A stretch of 64,000 nucleotides of DNA, taken from positions 62,001 to 126,000 of the IMG/VR virus record IMGVR_UViG_3300044591_002232; one strand, 5' to 3'. Below the pieces are notes generated by a model that was given only the letters and a program-made list of their open reading frames with translations, was not told where the DNA came from and ran no database searches. Shown one piece after another: positions 1-8,650 of this stretch. Made by a program: the position numbers and the translations under genes. Numbering within the stretch: the first letter of the stretch is position 1; every line of letters begins with the position of its first letter.

Positions 1-78
1 AACTACAGTTCATGGACCCCAAGAAAAAAGACTATTATGGAACTACTTGGAGACAAGATTCGTAAACTTCTTTCTTGA
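1..78 (+). CDS. 3' end of hypothetical protein (partial)
   Basis: Open frame from base 1 (NYSSWTPRKK...RKLLS*); stop overlaps the next start. Confidence 0.4.
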   Translation, partial: NYSSWTPRKKTIMELLGDKIRKLLS

Positions 79-431
79 ACATGAAACTCCTCGCAATCGG
101 GCTCAACAAACAACCAGAATACAGCGAGGCTTATGAGGTCGGAGAATGGATGGAAGGTAAAAAATTGGCCGACTATTCTCTATTTGCATACAGCGAACGG
201 GCCGGAATTATCCAACAAATAAACACCGACCCAAGAACACCGAAAGATTATAAAAATTGGCTCAAAATGCTAATCAGACCAATTATAGTAATTTGTGATA
301 ATGACGTTGCCGGGGAACAATTAGCCGAATTCGGTGATTATGTAGAGGTCATTCCTGAAGGTAAAGATCTGGGGGAATCTTCTGATGATTATGTTCAGTT
401 TCTTGTAAATAACTATTGTGCCGATTTTTGA
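75..431 (+). CDS. Hypothetical protein with Toprim-like C-terminal half (probable chimera)
   Basis: C-terminal IIVICDNDVAGEQLA...GKDLGE resembles Toprim DxD; N-terminal half resembles ORF 1209-1415. Confidence 0.65.
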   Translation: MNMKLLAIGLNKQPEYSEAYEVGEWMEGKKLADYSLFAYSERAGIIQQINTDPRTPKDYKNWLKMLIRPIIVICDNDVAGEQLAEFGDYVEVIPEGKDLGESSDDYVQFLVNNYCADF

Positions 432-497
432 ACTGACCACTCAGGCCGCCCTCGGGTGGCCTTTATGGCCTATACTACTTTCAGTTCAACCACAATT

Positions 498-638
498 ATG
501 ACTCTCACCGGATTTGAATACGCTAGTTTGGTGTTCTTTATTTTTCTGGCTCAAGCAAATAAGAACACTCCATCTATTCCAATTATTACTTTTATGTTTG
601 GCGGTTTGACTTTGTTTTTTATGATTGTTGGTAAGTAA
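498..638 (+). CDS. Small membrane protein
   Basis: ATG 498 after promoter; hydrophobic, 46 aa. Confidence 0.5.
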   Translation: MTLTGFEYASLVFFIFLAQANKNTPSIPIITFMFGGLTLFFMIVGK

Positions 639-641
639 TTT

Positions 642-809
642 ATGATTACAAGAATTTTTTCTGTTGGACTAGGAATTTTTCTAATTATCCTAATCCTATT
701 TTTCAGGGGACTGCCAGTTTTAGTTCTTCTAAAAATGTTTCCCCTGATTGCCCTATTTCTTCTCGCAATTGCTTTTATAATTGCGGGAATTGCCTCAGAT
801 TCAAATTAA
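642..809 (+). CDS. Small membrane protein
   Basis: Read manually: MITRIFSVGLGIFLIILILFFRGLPVLVLLKMFPLIALFLLAIAFIIAGIASDSN. Confidence 0.55.
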   Translation: MITRIFSVGLGIFLIILILFFRGLPVLVLLKMFPLIALFLLAIAFIIAGIASDSN

Positions 810-837
810 TTTGTCCTTTACTCTCTTAAAAATTACT

Positions 838-978
838 ATGGAACCAACCGTTACAATCACAAAAAAAGAATATGAAAGCCTGCTTGAAGACTCTAAAATT
901 CTCCAAGCACTTTATGCTGGAGGAGTAGATAATTGGGAGTGGTATGGCGAATCCCTGGCATCCCTTGAAGATTCCTGA
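838..978 (+). CDS. Small conserved phage hypothetical protein
   Basis: ALYAGGVDNWEWY motif typical of a phage family; ATG 838. Confidence 0.7.
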   Translation: MEPTVTITKKEYESLLEDSKILQALYAGGVDNWEWYGESLASLEDS

Positions 979-1018
979 TTTTATTTTTTAACTATCCTTT
1001 ACTCTTTTTTAAAACGTT

Positions 1019-1129
1019 ATGTCTACTGGTAAAATTGTTATTGGCGCCGTTGGTGTTCTTGGTGTTCTTCTAATCAATGGGGCGCCTATTCTCTCACTCT
1101 CTGACAAGGATTTTGTCACTACAAAGTGA
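1019..1129 (+). CDS. Short membrane-anchored ORF ending in the promoter repeat
   Basis: MSTGKIVIGAVGVLGVLLING...; TGA lies at the box I copy. Confidence 0.4.
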   Translation: MSTGKIVIGAVGVLGVLLINGAPILSLSDKDFVTTK

Positions 1130-1208
1130 CCAATTCTCAAACTGACCACTCAGGCCGCCCTCGGGTGGCCTTTTTGTTTATAATGACTAAGTACATCTAA
1201 ACAATCCC

Positions 1209-1415
1209 ATGAAACTTCTTGTTGTTGATCTCAAAAATCCACAGAACTCAGAATACATGAACATACACAATTTTGAATCTTGGATGTCAGGAAAGGCTCT
1301 GAAAGACTACATGTTTGCGAAAGTAAGTGAAACCGGATATTCTCAACTGATTATATTGGATACATACACCCCAACACCATTGAAGCACCAGATTCTTAAC
1401 CAATTGCTTTTCTGA
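1209..1415 (+). CDS. Hypothetical protein (paralog of the N-terminus of 75-431)
   Basis: WMSGKALKDYMFAKVSETG vs WMEGKKLADYSLFAYSERAG. Confidence 0.7.
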   Translation: MKLLVVDLKNPQNSEYMNIHNFESWMSGKALKDYMFAKVSETGYSQLIILDTYTPTPLKHQILNQLLF

Positions 1416-1419
1416 AACA

Positions 1420-1971
1420 ATGCCAAAAAAGAAATCTCCTAAAATTCAAATAGTTAAGGAACTTTCTTTTGATGATGTGATTCAGTCCGAAAAGATTTAT
1501 TCTTCTAGATTTTTTGGAACAGCCAAAAGAATTAAACTTCTTAAAAAACTTGGACATACTTGCGTTTCATGTGGACGATCTGCGTCCAGGCTACAAAAGT
1601 GTAAGGATTTAAAAGATAACAATAGAATTTTCTGGCGCATTCTCTCTGAAGATGATATGGAGATCACTATTGATCATATTAAACCCAAATCATTAGGTGG
1701 TAAGGACACATTGGAAAACTATCAGACAATGTGTTTAGAGTGTAATGTTAACAAAGGAAACACTCTTGGCCTAGTTCGTTTTACTGATTATAAAGGAAAT
1801 ATCTCTGGAAAAGAACTTTGGTTAAAGTGTAAAAAGTGGATATATAAGGGCATTATTGACCGAATTGATGTCAATCCTTATACGGGAAATCCTGAAATTT
1901 TTATCATCAGTGAACGTGGTTCATGCTACAAAATAAACAACAATGCCTTTATCAATCTTAAAAATGACTGA
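1420..1971 (+). CDS. HNH endonuclease
   Basis: CVSC...TIDHIKPKSLGGKDTLENYQTMCLECNVNKG, classic Zn-binding HNH. Confidence 0.85.
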   Translation: MPKKKSPKIQIVKELSFDDVIQSEKIYSSRFFGTAKRIKLLKKLGHTCVSCGRSASRLQKCKDLKDNNRIFWRILSEDDMEITIDHIKPKSLGGKDTLENYQTMCLECNVNKGNTLGLVRFTDYKGNISGKELWLKCKKWIYKGIIDRIDVNPYTGNPEIFIISERGSCYKINNNAFINLKND

Positions 1972-2185
1972 ATTTAACCACTATTTAAGGGATGTAGTAA
2001 ACGAGTACGATGCGTGGTATCCTCAATTGAGATGGGGGCAGATTTATCTTTATGTTCTTTCTAAAAAACAGCCAAATCTGGTTTGTTTTATTGTGGAAAA
2101 CAGAAAACTAGATCCATTTTATAATGATAAAAAAATCGAAGAATTTCTTATTTTTGTCAGAGAAAACTGGGGTAATTATGACTAA
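1964..2185 (+). CDS. Hypothetical protein
   Basis: ATG 1964 overlaps upstream stop; QLRWGQ...DPFYND motif. Confidence 0.7.
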   Translation: MTEFNHYLRDVVNEYDAWYPQLRWGQIYLYVLSKKQPNLVCFIVENRKLDPFYNDKKIEEFLIFVRENWGNYD

Positions 2186-2414
2186 GTTTAAAATAGCCAG
2201 AACTTTAAAAAATATAAAGAATGATCCGAGGGTGGATTTCATTTCAGATGAAAGAAGTGGTTGGAACAATGATGGCATTTGGATTTACCTAAAATCTCCT
2301 TATTGGAATTCTTTTTCCGAAACATCTGCTGTTCATGAATTCTCTGTTGCAGAATGTTTGGAAGTTTTCAATAATTATGTGGAAGAGAATCCTGATTATT
2401 GGAAGACGATGTGA
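2178..2414 (+). CDS. Hypothetical protein
   Basis: ATG 2178; stop inside the box I repeat. Confidence 0.7.
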   Translation: MTKFKIARTLKNIKNDPRVDFISDERSGWNNDGIWIYLKSPYWNSFSETSAVHEFSVAECLEVFNNYVEENPDYWKTM

Positions 2415-2519
2415 CACTCCTCAAACTGGCCACTGGGGGCTTCCATGCCCCCCTTTCCCTTGGCATAATAGGTTCATCAGGGGGAAAGCCCTGAATTCAC
2501 CAACAAACTTTTATTCATT

Positions 2520-2798
2520 ATGAACCGCGCAGAAACTATCCGTGAATTTCTTAAGGAATCTGGTTCCACTATCATCTCTGTAGAATTTGTAAAAAAGAAC
2601 GGCGAATCCCGCAAGATCCAATTTAACCCGCGTGATCGCCAAGAAATTGTAGGAACCGGCACTAATTCCACCAACCCTGACATTATTCGCGTGAGGGATT
2701 TTAAGATTGCAAAAGATCAAGGTGAAAAAGCCTGGCGGTCTTTTGATGTCAATCGTGTAATTTCTATCACCTCAAACGGAAACACCTTTAACTTCTGA
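2520..2798 (+). CDS. WYL/SH3-like fold phage protein
   Basis: SVEFVKKNGESR...AWRSFDVNRV pattern; follows promoter at 2413. Confidence 0.65.
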   Translation: MNRAETIREFLKESGSTIISVEFVKKNGESRKIQFNPRDRQEIVGTGTNSTNPDIIRVRDFKIAKDQGEKAWRSFDVNRVISITSNGNTFNF

Positions 2799-2816
2799 TC
2801 ATAAATCAACAGATTA

Positions 2817-3053
2817 ATGCTAAAACTCTCTTACAGCAGAAAAAATGACCCATTTAAATATGTGACTGTTCTTGGAGACCCATTAGGTATTTCTGATCTT
2901 TATTGGCAGTTGACTCATAACTATCGGCCACAAGATGGGGCAGAAATAGGAGAAATTAAGATCACAAATCTTGATGGTGTAGAATTGGATATTAAAGAGT
3001 TTTTACGAAATCCATTTGGCCAAATTACACCGCTTTCTTCTTTTTCAGATTAA
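2817..3053 (+). CDS. Hypothetical protein
   Basis: ORF track, operon position. Confidence 0.65.
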   Translation: MLKLSYSRKNDPFKYVTVLGDPLGISDLYWQLTHNYRPQDGAEIGEIKITNLDGVELDIKEFLRNPFGQITPLSSFSD

Positions 3054-3167
3054 TGCTTTACATTAAAATCGCAATCATTGTTTCTCTTGATCTTATTGGA
3101 ATTATGGGTGATTGAGATATTCCTGCCCATGAATGTAAAGGGCCAATTAATTCTTGTTTGAAACTCT

Positions 3168-3192
3168 GAGGCCCCATAAGGCCTCTTTTTTT
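3168..3192 (+). terminator. Intrinsic terminator
   Basis: GAGGCC-CCATAA-GGCCTC followed by a T tract. Confidence 0.8.
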
Positions 3193-3195
3193 GTC

Positions 3196-3201
3196 TAAAT
3201 A
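3196..3201 (+). promoter_or_regulatory. T4-type late promoter TAAATA
   Basis: TAAATA about 20 nt upstream of ATG 3223. Confidence 0.6.
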
Positions 3202-3222
3202 GTAGAAAATACTTACAATCTA

Positions 3223-3552
3223 ATGGAAGAAGTTATTCTATTTTTGATGCAAGAAGGTTTCGCATCTGATGTAAAAAGCGCAATTCATATTTATGAGGCA
3301 ATGAGTGACGAATGGTTAGACACAATCGACGAAAAACTTTCCTATACACAGGGCCAACCATTACCCAAAAAAGATCAAGAAGCACTTAAAACAATTCAAC
3401 AGAGATTATATGGCCCAGGCGGTCCTTATGAAGGTAAACGTGGAATTACTTCCACTGGAAATAGACAATCCACCCCTAGAGTAACTTTAGGTGATAATTC
3501 CAAACCAACCACAAAAAGAAAAGTAACCAGACAGACATTTGAAGTAAAATGA
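3223..3552 (+). CDS. Putative internal head protein family member
   Basis: FLMQEGFASDVKSAIHIYEAMSDEWL domain shared with 30192-30806; late promoter. Confidence 0.65.
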   Translation: MEEVILFLMQEGFASDVKSAIHIYEAMSDEWLDTIDEKLSYTQGQPLPKKDQEALKTIQQRLYGPGGPYEGKRGITSTGNRQSTPRVTLGDNSKPTTKRKVTRQTFEVK

Positions 3553-3917
3553 CCCAAAGATCCCAAGAAATAATTAGAACAATCAAAAAAGCCGGATCCG
3601 AGGCCGGTGACCGCACCCTAGACCTTAACCGCAAGGAAGTTGAGGACCTGAGGCAAAATACAAAGAAGACCTACAAACAATTTCTTGAGGCCGTAAATCC
3701 AAAACTTGGAATGAGCAAGTCTTATGGTGATTCAGACTATCAAGAAAGGTTACAAAAACAAAGAAAGAAAGAACAAGAAAAAAAAGAAGCCGGGAGACAA
3801 AAAACATCAGACGAACTGTATAAAGAAAGAACCAGAGGGAGAGGAATTAGAGCAACCAATAAAGAAGGCCAAAAAGGATGGATTAAAAATGGTAAATTTA
3901 CAGTAGGCGATTGGTAA
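3549..3917 (+). CDS. Basic hypothetical protein, putative internal head protein
   Basis: Internal KTYKQFLEA motif; ATGA-coupled to 3223 gene. Confidence 0.6.
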   Translation: MTQRSQEIIRTIKKAGSEAGDRTLDLNRKEVEDLRQNTKKTYKQFLEAVNPKLGMSKSYGDSDYQERLQKQRKKEQEKKEAGRQKTSDELYKERTRGRGIRATNKEGQKGWIKNGKFTVGDW

Positions 3918-3983
3918 ACTGTCCACTCATGTCCTTCAACGGGGCATTTTTTGTTTATAATCGTTGAAATTCATCACAAAACA

Positions 3984-4166
3984 ATGGATAAAAAAGAAAT
4001 TAAGGCCGCGATTAAGGAAATTGAGCAAGAACAACTCTCTAGAGAATTGAGGCAAAGTTTTATTGAAAAGGGCGTTTATGGATGGTATCGAGATCCTGAA
4101 ACTCCTGATTGTAAAATCACAAAAAAGGGGTGGATGAAAAGGGGAATTATCACCTGGGTCGGTTGA
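3984..4166 (+). CDS. Hypothetical protein
   Basis: ATG 3984 after promoter 3906. Confidence 0.6.
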   Translation: MDKKEIKAAIKEIEQEQLSRELRQSFIEKGVYGWYRDPETPDCKITKKGWMKRGIITWVG

Positions 4167-4237
4167 GGAACTGTCCACCACTAATCACCCAACCCATCAC
4201 TGTCGTTTAAACTGATTCCAGTTAAACAATTTTCGTC

Positions 4238-4546
4238 ATGGCCACTCAGGAACAGAAAACTATTTGGCTCATTGGAGCCGTGGAAAAACTGGGCAATTTG
4301 GGTTTTATGAATAGTCTTTCTCATAGGCTAGATGAGTATGGTATTTCTATATTTTGGGAAGTTGATGAAATCAGGGATATTTTGTTTGAAGATAATAATG
4401 AACTAAAAATGTACATTTATGGGTGGTTTCATGAGGATCTTGATGATGAAGATCTAGATGATCTTTATGATATTGTTTTAACTTTTAAAAATAATAGAAA
4501 TAAAGTATTTACATACGGAATGAATAACTTTCTTCTTGTTAAATAG
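4238..4546 (+). CDS. Hypothetical acidic protein
   Basis: Follows promoter 4158. Confidence 0.7.
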   Translation: MATQEQKTIWLIGAVEKLGNLGFMNSLSHRLDEYGISIFWEVDEIRDILFEDNNELKMYIYGWFHEDLDDEDLDDLYDIVLTFKNNRNKVFTYGMNNFLLVK

Positions 4547-4556
4547 TTAAAAAGTC

Positions 4557-4682
4557 ATGAACACTCCCAATTGGCAACACAACTCCGAGAAGAAAAAGAA
4601 AACTCGGGGAATTTCTAAAAACAAGATAAAAGCAAGAAAACAAGCGTTAAATCACCTTAAAAGAAAGTTTAGGGTGATTTGA
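4557..4682 (+). CDS. Small basic conserved cyanophage-type protein
   Basis: Read manually: MNTPNWQHNSEKKKKTRGISKNKIKARKQALNHLKRKFRVI. Confidence 0.6.
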   Translation: MNTPNWQHNSEKKKKTRGISKNKIKARKQALNHLKRKFRVI

Positions 4683-4777
4683 TCGAGGAGGTCAGTATTG
4701 TATCACTGATTATGGATCCTGTCAAGTCCTAGGGTCAATTGTTTAAAATCCACACTAACCACTCACTATTCTTTATT

Positions 4778-5206
4778 ATGAAACTCATTTCTATTGACGA
4801 AAAATGGCCAACAGAAAAAGATACTGATAAAAATGGAAAGATTTGGGTGTATCGTATACCGTCTATGACTAAATGGGATAGGACTGGTCAGCTGTTTAAA
4901 ATTTCTTTGGAACAATATACTGAACCACTTAATGTTGAAATTATTCATTTTACCCAGCCATATAAAAAGGTTGGAGATAATCAGTATATTCATTCACCCC
5001 AAAAATGTACTAAGTTGGAGTATACTAAATTATCTAGAACAGCATATAATAACAGAATCCAATGGCCTTATTGGATACCTGGACATATTCTACTTGAACC
5101 AGTCGAAAGAGACGACAATAAAAAAGCGATAATCAGTAGTAATTTTCCTATTGTTAAAGGACATGTTACACTTGAAGAATACAATAAAATTATTAATAAA
5201 AAGTAA
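4778..5206 (+). CDS. Hypothetical protein
   Basis: ORF track; likely ATG 4778. Confidence 0.65.
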   Translation: MKLISIDEKWPTEKDTDKNGKIWVYRIPSMTKWDRTGQLFKISLEQYTEPLNVEIIHFTQPYKKVGDNQYIHSPQKCTKLEYTKLSRTAYNNRIQWPYWIPGHILLEPVERDDNKKAIISSNFPIVKGHVTLEEYNKIINKK

Positions 5207-5246
5207 TTAATATAGAATATAGCTCCCGCATCTTCGGAACAAACCA

Positions 5247-5342
5247 ACTCTACTGGAAGTCAGAATAAAAGTCAAGCGACCATGTGACAATAACAAAATC
5301 GTCATAAGGACTATTGACTCATTTTAGACTTCATGCTAAATT
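5247..5342. promoter_or_regulatory. Divergent sigma70-like promoter pair
   Basis: Minus: TTGACT(5275-5270)-17-TAGAGT(5252-5247); plus: TTGACT(5314)-17-TAAATT(5337). Confidence 0.6.
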
Positions 5343-5370
5343 ATCTTTGTTGATTGAGGAATCACTTTTT

Positions 5371-5634
5371 ATGGAACTAACTTTTGACAATCTTAAAGTT
5401 ATTTCAGCATATAATTTTGTTGAGTTCATTGATATACCATCTGGAGACGTGATTTTTGTTTTGAAATCAGGTGAACATTTTTCAGATGAATTACTAACTT
5501 CTGATGCGTTTAAGACTCTTTTTTGCTTGATCTATAATGAGGGTATTGTTTGCGGAAAATCAATGGGTATTGTTTGCGGAAAATCAATTTTGAAAAGGCA
5601 AATTGAACGGGTTCTTGACAAATGTGATTGTTAA
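5371..5634 (+). CDS. Hypothetical protein
   Basis: ATG 5371 after GAGGA; contains a 24-bp in-frame tandem duplication. Confidence 0.65.
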   Translation: MELTFDNLKVISAYNFVEFIDIPSGDVIFVLKSGEHFSDELLTSDAFKTLFCLIYNEGIVCGKSMGIVCGKSILKRQIERVLDKCDC

Positions 5635-5681
5635 GGTAATTAAAGAACTAACACAACAACCAACCTTTTTCTAATTAAATT

Positions 5682-6056
5682 ATGAACGACCAACTTCAGG
5701 CTCAAGTTTCTCAAATTCTTGCCGAGATTATGACTTCGGTGGGAGAAGTTAAAGACTTTTCTTTTGCTCAACTTCCAGACATTGCCCAACAATATATTTC
5801 TTATGGTCTGTGGATTAACACTTTTTATGCGATTGGGTTAGTTGTTTTTATTATTGGACTATTGGTGAGTATTGGATTCATTGTTCAACTAGCAAAAAGA
5901 GAGCATAATAGTGAAATTCTTATATTTATTACGTTTCCTATAGTTTTTTTAATTTTTAGTGTTGGCGGACTAGGCTCTAAAATTCATGATCTAATTCTAA
6001 TTCATAATGCCCCGAAAGTGTGGTTCATTCTGGAAATTAAAAATCTTCTTTCTTAA
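5682..6056 (+). CDS. Phage membrane protein
   Basis: Two hydrophobic segments; C-terminal APKVWFI. Confidence 0.7.
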   Translation: MNDQLQAQVSQILAEIMTSVGEVKDFSFAQLPDIAQQYISYGLWINTFYAIGLVVFIIGLLVSIGFIVQLAKREHNSEILIFITFPIVFLIFSVGGLGSKIHDLILIHNAPKVWFILEIKNLLS

Positions 6057-6140
6057 GTAGACACTTTCATAACTGTCCACTAATTCACCACTAGACCACC
6101 ATTTACGCCTTATACTGATCTCAGTTAAACATTTTTAGCC

Positions 6141-6611
6141 ATGACCACCAAAACACAACTCCAAACCAAAATTCAAGAACTGGAATCCGAGCTTCAAGAG
6201 TTCAAACAACAACTGAATAACTACAAAGAGACACCAACCATCGAAACCGCCAAAGTTGGTGATGTTCTAGAAGACGGTTGTATCGTCCTTAAAAAAGAAA
6301 ATGGTGTCGCTCTTTTGGTGGCCCCAAAATCAACCGAGGTTTATGTTACTTGGAGTAAAGAGTTTTCAACAGTATTCAAGAAACTAGAAGAACAAGGATT
6401 TAATCCTTCTCAGTTCTTTATTCCAACCGAAGAACAACTGAATCTTGCCTATAAGACCATTCCTCAACACTTCGCCAGCACCGGCTATTGGTCTTCTACA
6501 GAGTTTAATGCTACTAACGCTTGCATCGTGGGCTTATTTAATGGCTTTGCGTACACCAGCTATAAGACGGCTACGAACTGCGTGCGTGCCTTCCGGTGTG
6601 TTACTTATTGA
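6141..6611 (+). CDS. DUF1566/C-type-lectin-fold protein, probable DGR target
   Basis: IPTEEQL...YWSSTE...VRAFRCV signature; NNC/NNT-rich 3' region 6471-6611. Confidence 0.7.
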   Translation: MTTKTQLQTKIQELESELQEFKQQLNNYKETPTIETAKVGDVLEDGCIVLKKENGVALLVAPKSTEVYVTWSKEFSTVFKKLEEQGFNPSQFFIPTEEQLNLAYKTIPQHFASTGYWSSTEFNATNACIVGLFNGFAYTSYKTATNCVRAFRCVTY

Positions 6612-6710
6612 ACCTTGAATTTTGATACTTGATACTTGGGATTTTCATGATAAACTCTAAGAATTTTCTGGAGAAAATAGAGTCGCAAACCTGATTCTTG
6701 CCACAAACTG

Positions 6711-6899
6711 ATGGAAACTGTTACTGTAATCGCAAAATCTAAAAAGGCCAAGAATCGCCTGGCCAATATGATGAATCGAGATCCTATTTGCATTGTGGAA
6801 CAGCACAAAGACAATAGGATCTTTTTAAGATCATCAAATGGTTCATACTTTTTTTGGGTTAATCTGACAAATGATTTGAATTGGTCTATTGCATCTTAA
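6711..6899 (+). CDS. Hypothetical protein
   Basis: ORF track; coherent operon position. Confidence 0.65.
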   Translation: METVTVIAKSKKAKNRLANMMNRDPICIVEQHKDNRIFLRSSNGSYFFWVNLTNDLNWSIAS

Positions 6900-6917
6900 A
6901 CTTATCCCCAACTTAAA

Positions 6918-7241
6918 ATGATTACTGCAACACAAATCCTAAATTTTCTAACGAAGGCCGAAAAATTGGGAATTAGTACTGATTTTGTTCAAAATGATGA
7001 AGGTTATAAAATAAATCTCTATTATGATTGGCAGGGTAATAAAGATTATTATTACAAAATGGTTTTCATAAAAAACGATAATACTTCAGACTGGGATGCT
7101 GGCGATTATACCTATGATGATATGGTAGATTACTTTGACAAAGAAATTGAAAAACAATTAGCCAGAGAATCCAAGGCCAAAAAACGTAAAGAATTCTTAG
7201 AATCTCTCACTCCAGAACAAAGAGAATTGCTGGAGCCGTGA
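6918..7241 (+). CDS. Hypothetical protein
   Basis: ORF track; stop is the TGA of the repeat GTGACAC. Confidence 0.7.
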   Translation: MITATQILNFLTKAEKLGISTDFVQNDEGYKINLYYDWQGNKDYYYKMVFIKNDNTSDWDAGDYTYDDMVDYFDKEIEKQLARESKAKKRKEFLESLTPEQRELLEP

Positions 7242-7327
7242 CACCTGACTAACTGGCACAAGCACCCGACCAGACACACCAATTCTCTTTTATACTGTCT
7301 TCAGTTCACCCAACTAACCAAAAAATT

Positions 7328-7909
7328 ATGTTGACTCCAATTGATTTCAAAAACAACTATTTTTCTCTGCTTACTGAAAGTCAGTCTATTACTGGAGTGA
7401 CTCCAGGAGTGACTCCAAAGTATGATGAATATAAGGATGTAACCGAAGATGATAAGTTTACTGTAGAGCAATGGAGTAATCTTGTAAAGGTTGCATCAAT
7501 CATCAAGGCAAATGAAAACCGGTTTGAGATGCAAACCTGGCACAAAAAATCAGAATGTGGTACAATTCATTGTATCGCAGGCTGGGCAGAATCTCTTGTA
7601 AAAAAGGATACAAACTATTTGGATACAAAAGATACTTGGATTACGGCCACAGATGTTCTATCTGAATATGCCGAACCATTCTTTTTTATTGAAATAAATG
7701 CTATCATTCCTGGGTTGGGCTTTCCTGGGGTGGGAGATTATGATTCTATCGTGGATAAGAGGAACGAGCACAAAGGACTTCCAGAACAACTGGTAATGAA
7801 GTGGTTCATTGACCCAATTCTTGAGGAAGCACGTAAAGAATCTCATGAACTTTCTAGTGAAATCAGCCAGTTTATTCAAAAAGCCCAGGGAGAATTTGCT
7901 CTGGCCTGA
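7328..7909 (+). CDS. Hypothetical protein with CGTIHCIAGW motif
   Basis: ORF track; follows promoter 7240. Confidence 0.75.
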   Translation: MLTPIDFKNNYFSLLTESQSITGVTPGVTPKYDEYKDVTEDDKFTVEQWSNLVKVASIIKANENRFEMQTWHKKSECGTIHCIAGWAESLVKKDTNYLDTKDTWITATDVLSEYAEPFFFIEINAIIPGLGFPGVGDYDSIVDKRNEHKGLPEQLVMKWFIDPILEEARKESHELSSEISQFIQKAQGEFALA

Positions 7910-7928
7910 TTATTAAACCATTAAACAA

Positions 7929-8156
7929 ATGTCACTTTCTTACGATCTGCTCCAAATTTCTTTTCAAAACAATTCAACCATTGAAAAAGTCAAAAAATCT
8001 CTTAGACTCGCCGCAGAAGATGGTTATATTTCAACTGAAATAACAGGTATTGATGATGAATACGTCGATATTATTGCTGCCTATTTGAAAGCTGAAGGAT
8101 TTAAATTATGGAATTATAACAAATTTACCAAAATTTTGTTTGTATCATGGGAGTGA
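7929..8156 (+). CDS. Hypothetical protein (paralog of 9497-9733)
   Basis: Shared SFQNNSTIEKVKKSLRLAAEDG. Confidence 0.75.
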   Translation: MSLSYDLLQISFQNNSTIEKVKKSLRLAAEDGYISTEITGIDDEYVDIIAAYLKAEGFKLWNYNKFTKILFVSWE

Positions 8157-8234
8157 CACCTGATTAACTGGCACAAGCGCCCGACCAGACACGCCAATTC
8201 TCTTTTATACTGTCTTCAGTTCATTCAACTCATT

Positions 8235-8444
8235 ATGCAATTGACTAAAAGGTATCTTTGGAAAATTCTTTCTGAAGATGGACTACTCAAGGATCCTATG
8301 CACACTTGGGGCGATTGTATTTTTAACCGGTGGGGTTATCAGACAAAAGAAGATGCAATCACAGAATTTCAGCGTCTTATGGATATTGGTCTACATCCGC
8401 CAACCTGTATTCTCATTGAAGAATACTCCACCTTTCAAAATTAA
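8235..8444 (+). CDS. Hypothetical protein
   Basis: Follows promoter 8155. Confidence 0.7.
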   Translation: MQLTKRYLWKILSEDGLLKDPMHTWGDCIFNRWGYQTKEDAITEFQRLMDIGLHPPTCILIEEYSTFQN

Positions 8445-8452
8445 TCAAAATC

Positions 8453-8614
8453 ATGGAATTTAATCTTAAATGGTTTAGTATTTATGCTGAACTCACTGTA
8501 ACAGGATCCAATTTTTCTATTGAATCTGGTTGTCTTAATGAACAAGAACAGATTGAACTAGCCAAGCGATTGAGGGAAATTGCTGATCAATTGTATGTTG
8601 AGGAAACTGTGTGA
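8453..8614 (+). CDS. Hypothetical protein
   Basis: Read manually, 53 aa; ends in GTGTGACAC. Confidence 0.55.
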   Translation: MEFNLKWFSIYAELTVTGSNFSIESGCLNEQEQIELAKRLREIADQLYVEETV

Positions 8615-8650
8615 CACATACAAATAATTAACCCCTAAAACATTTCTATT

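Noticed and set aside
4558-4575. Weak box I-like palindrome
   Set aside because: Lies in the coding start of ORF 4557-4682, has wrong spacing and no -10 at 40 bp.
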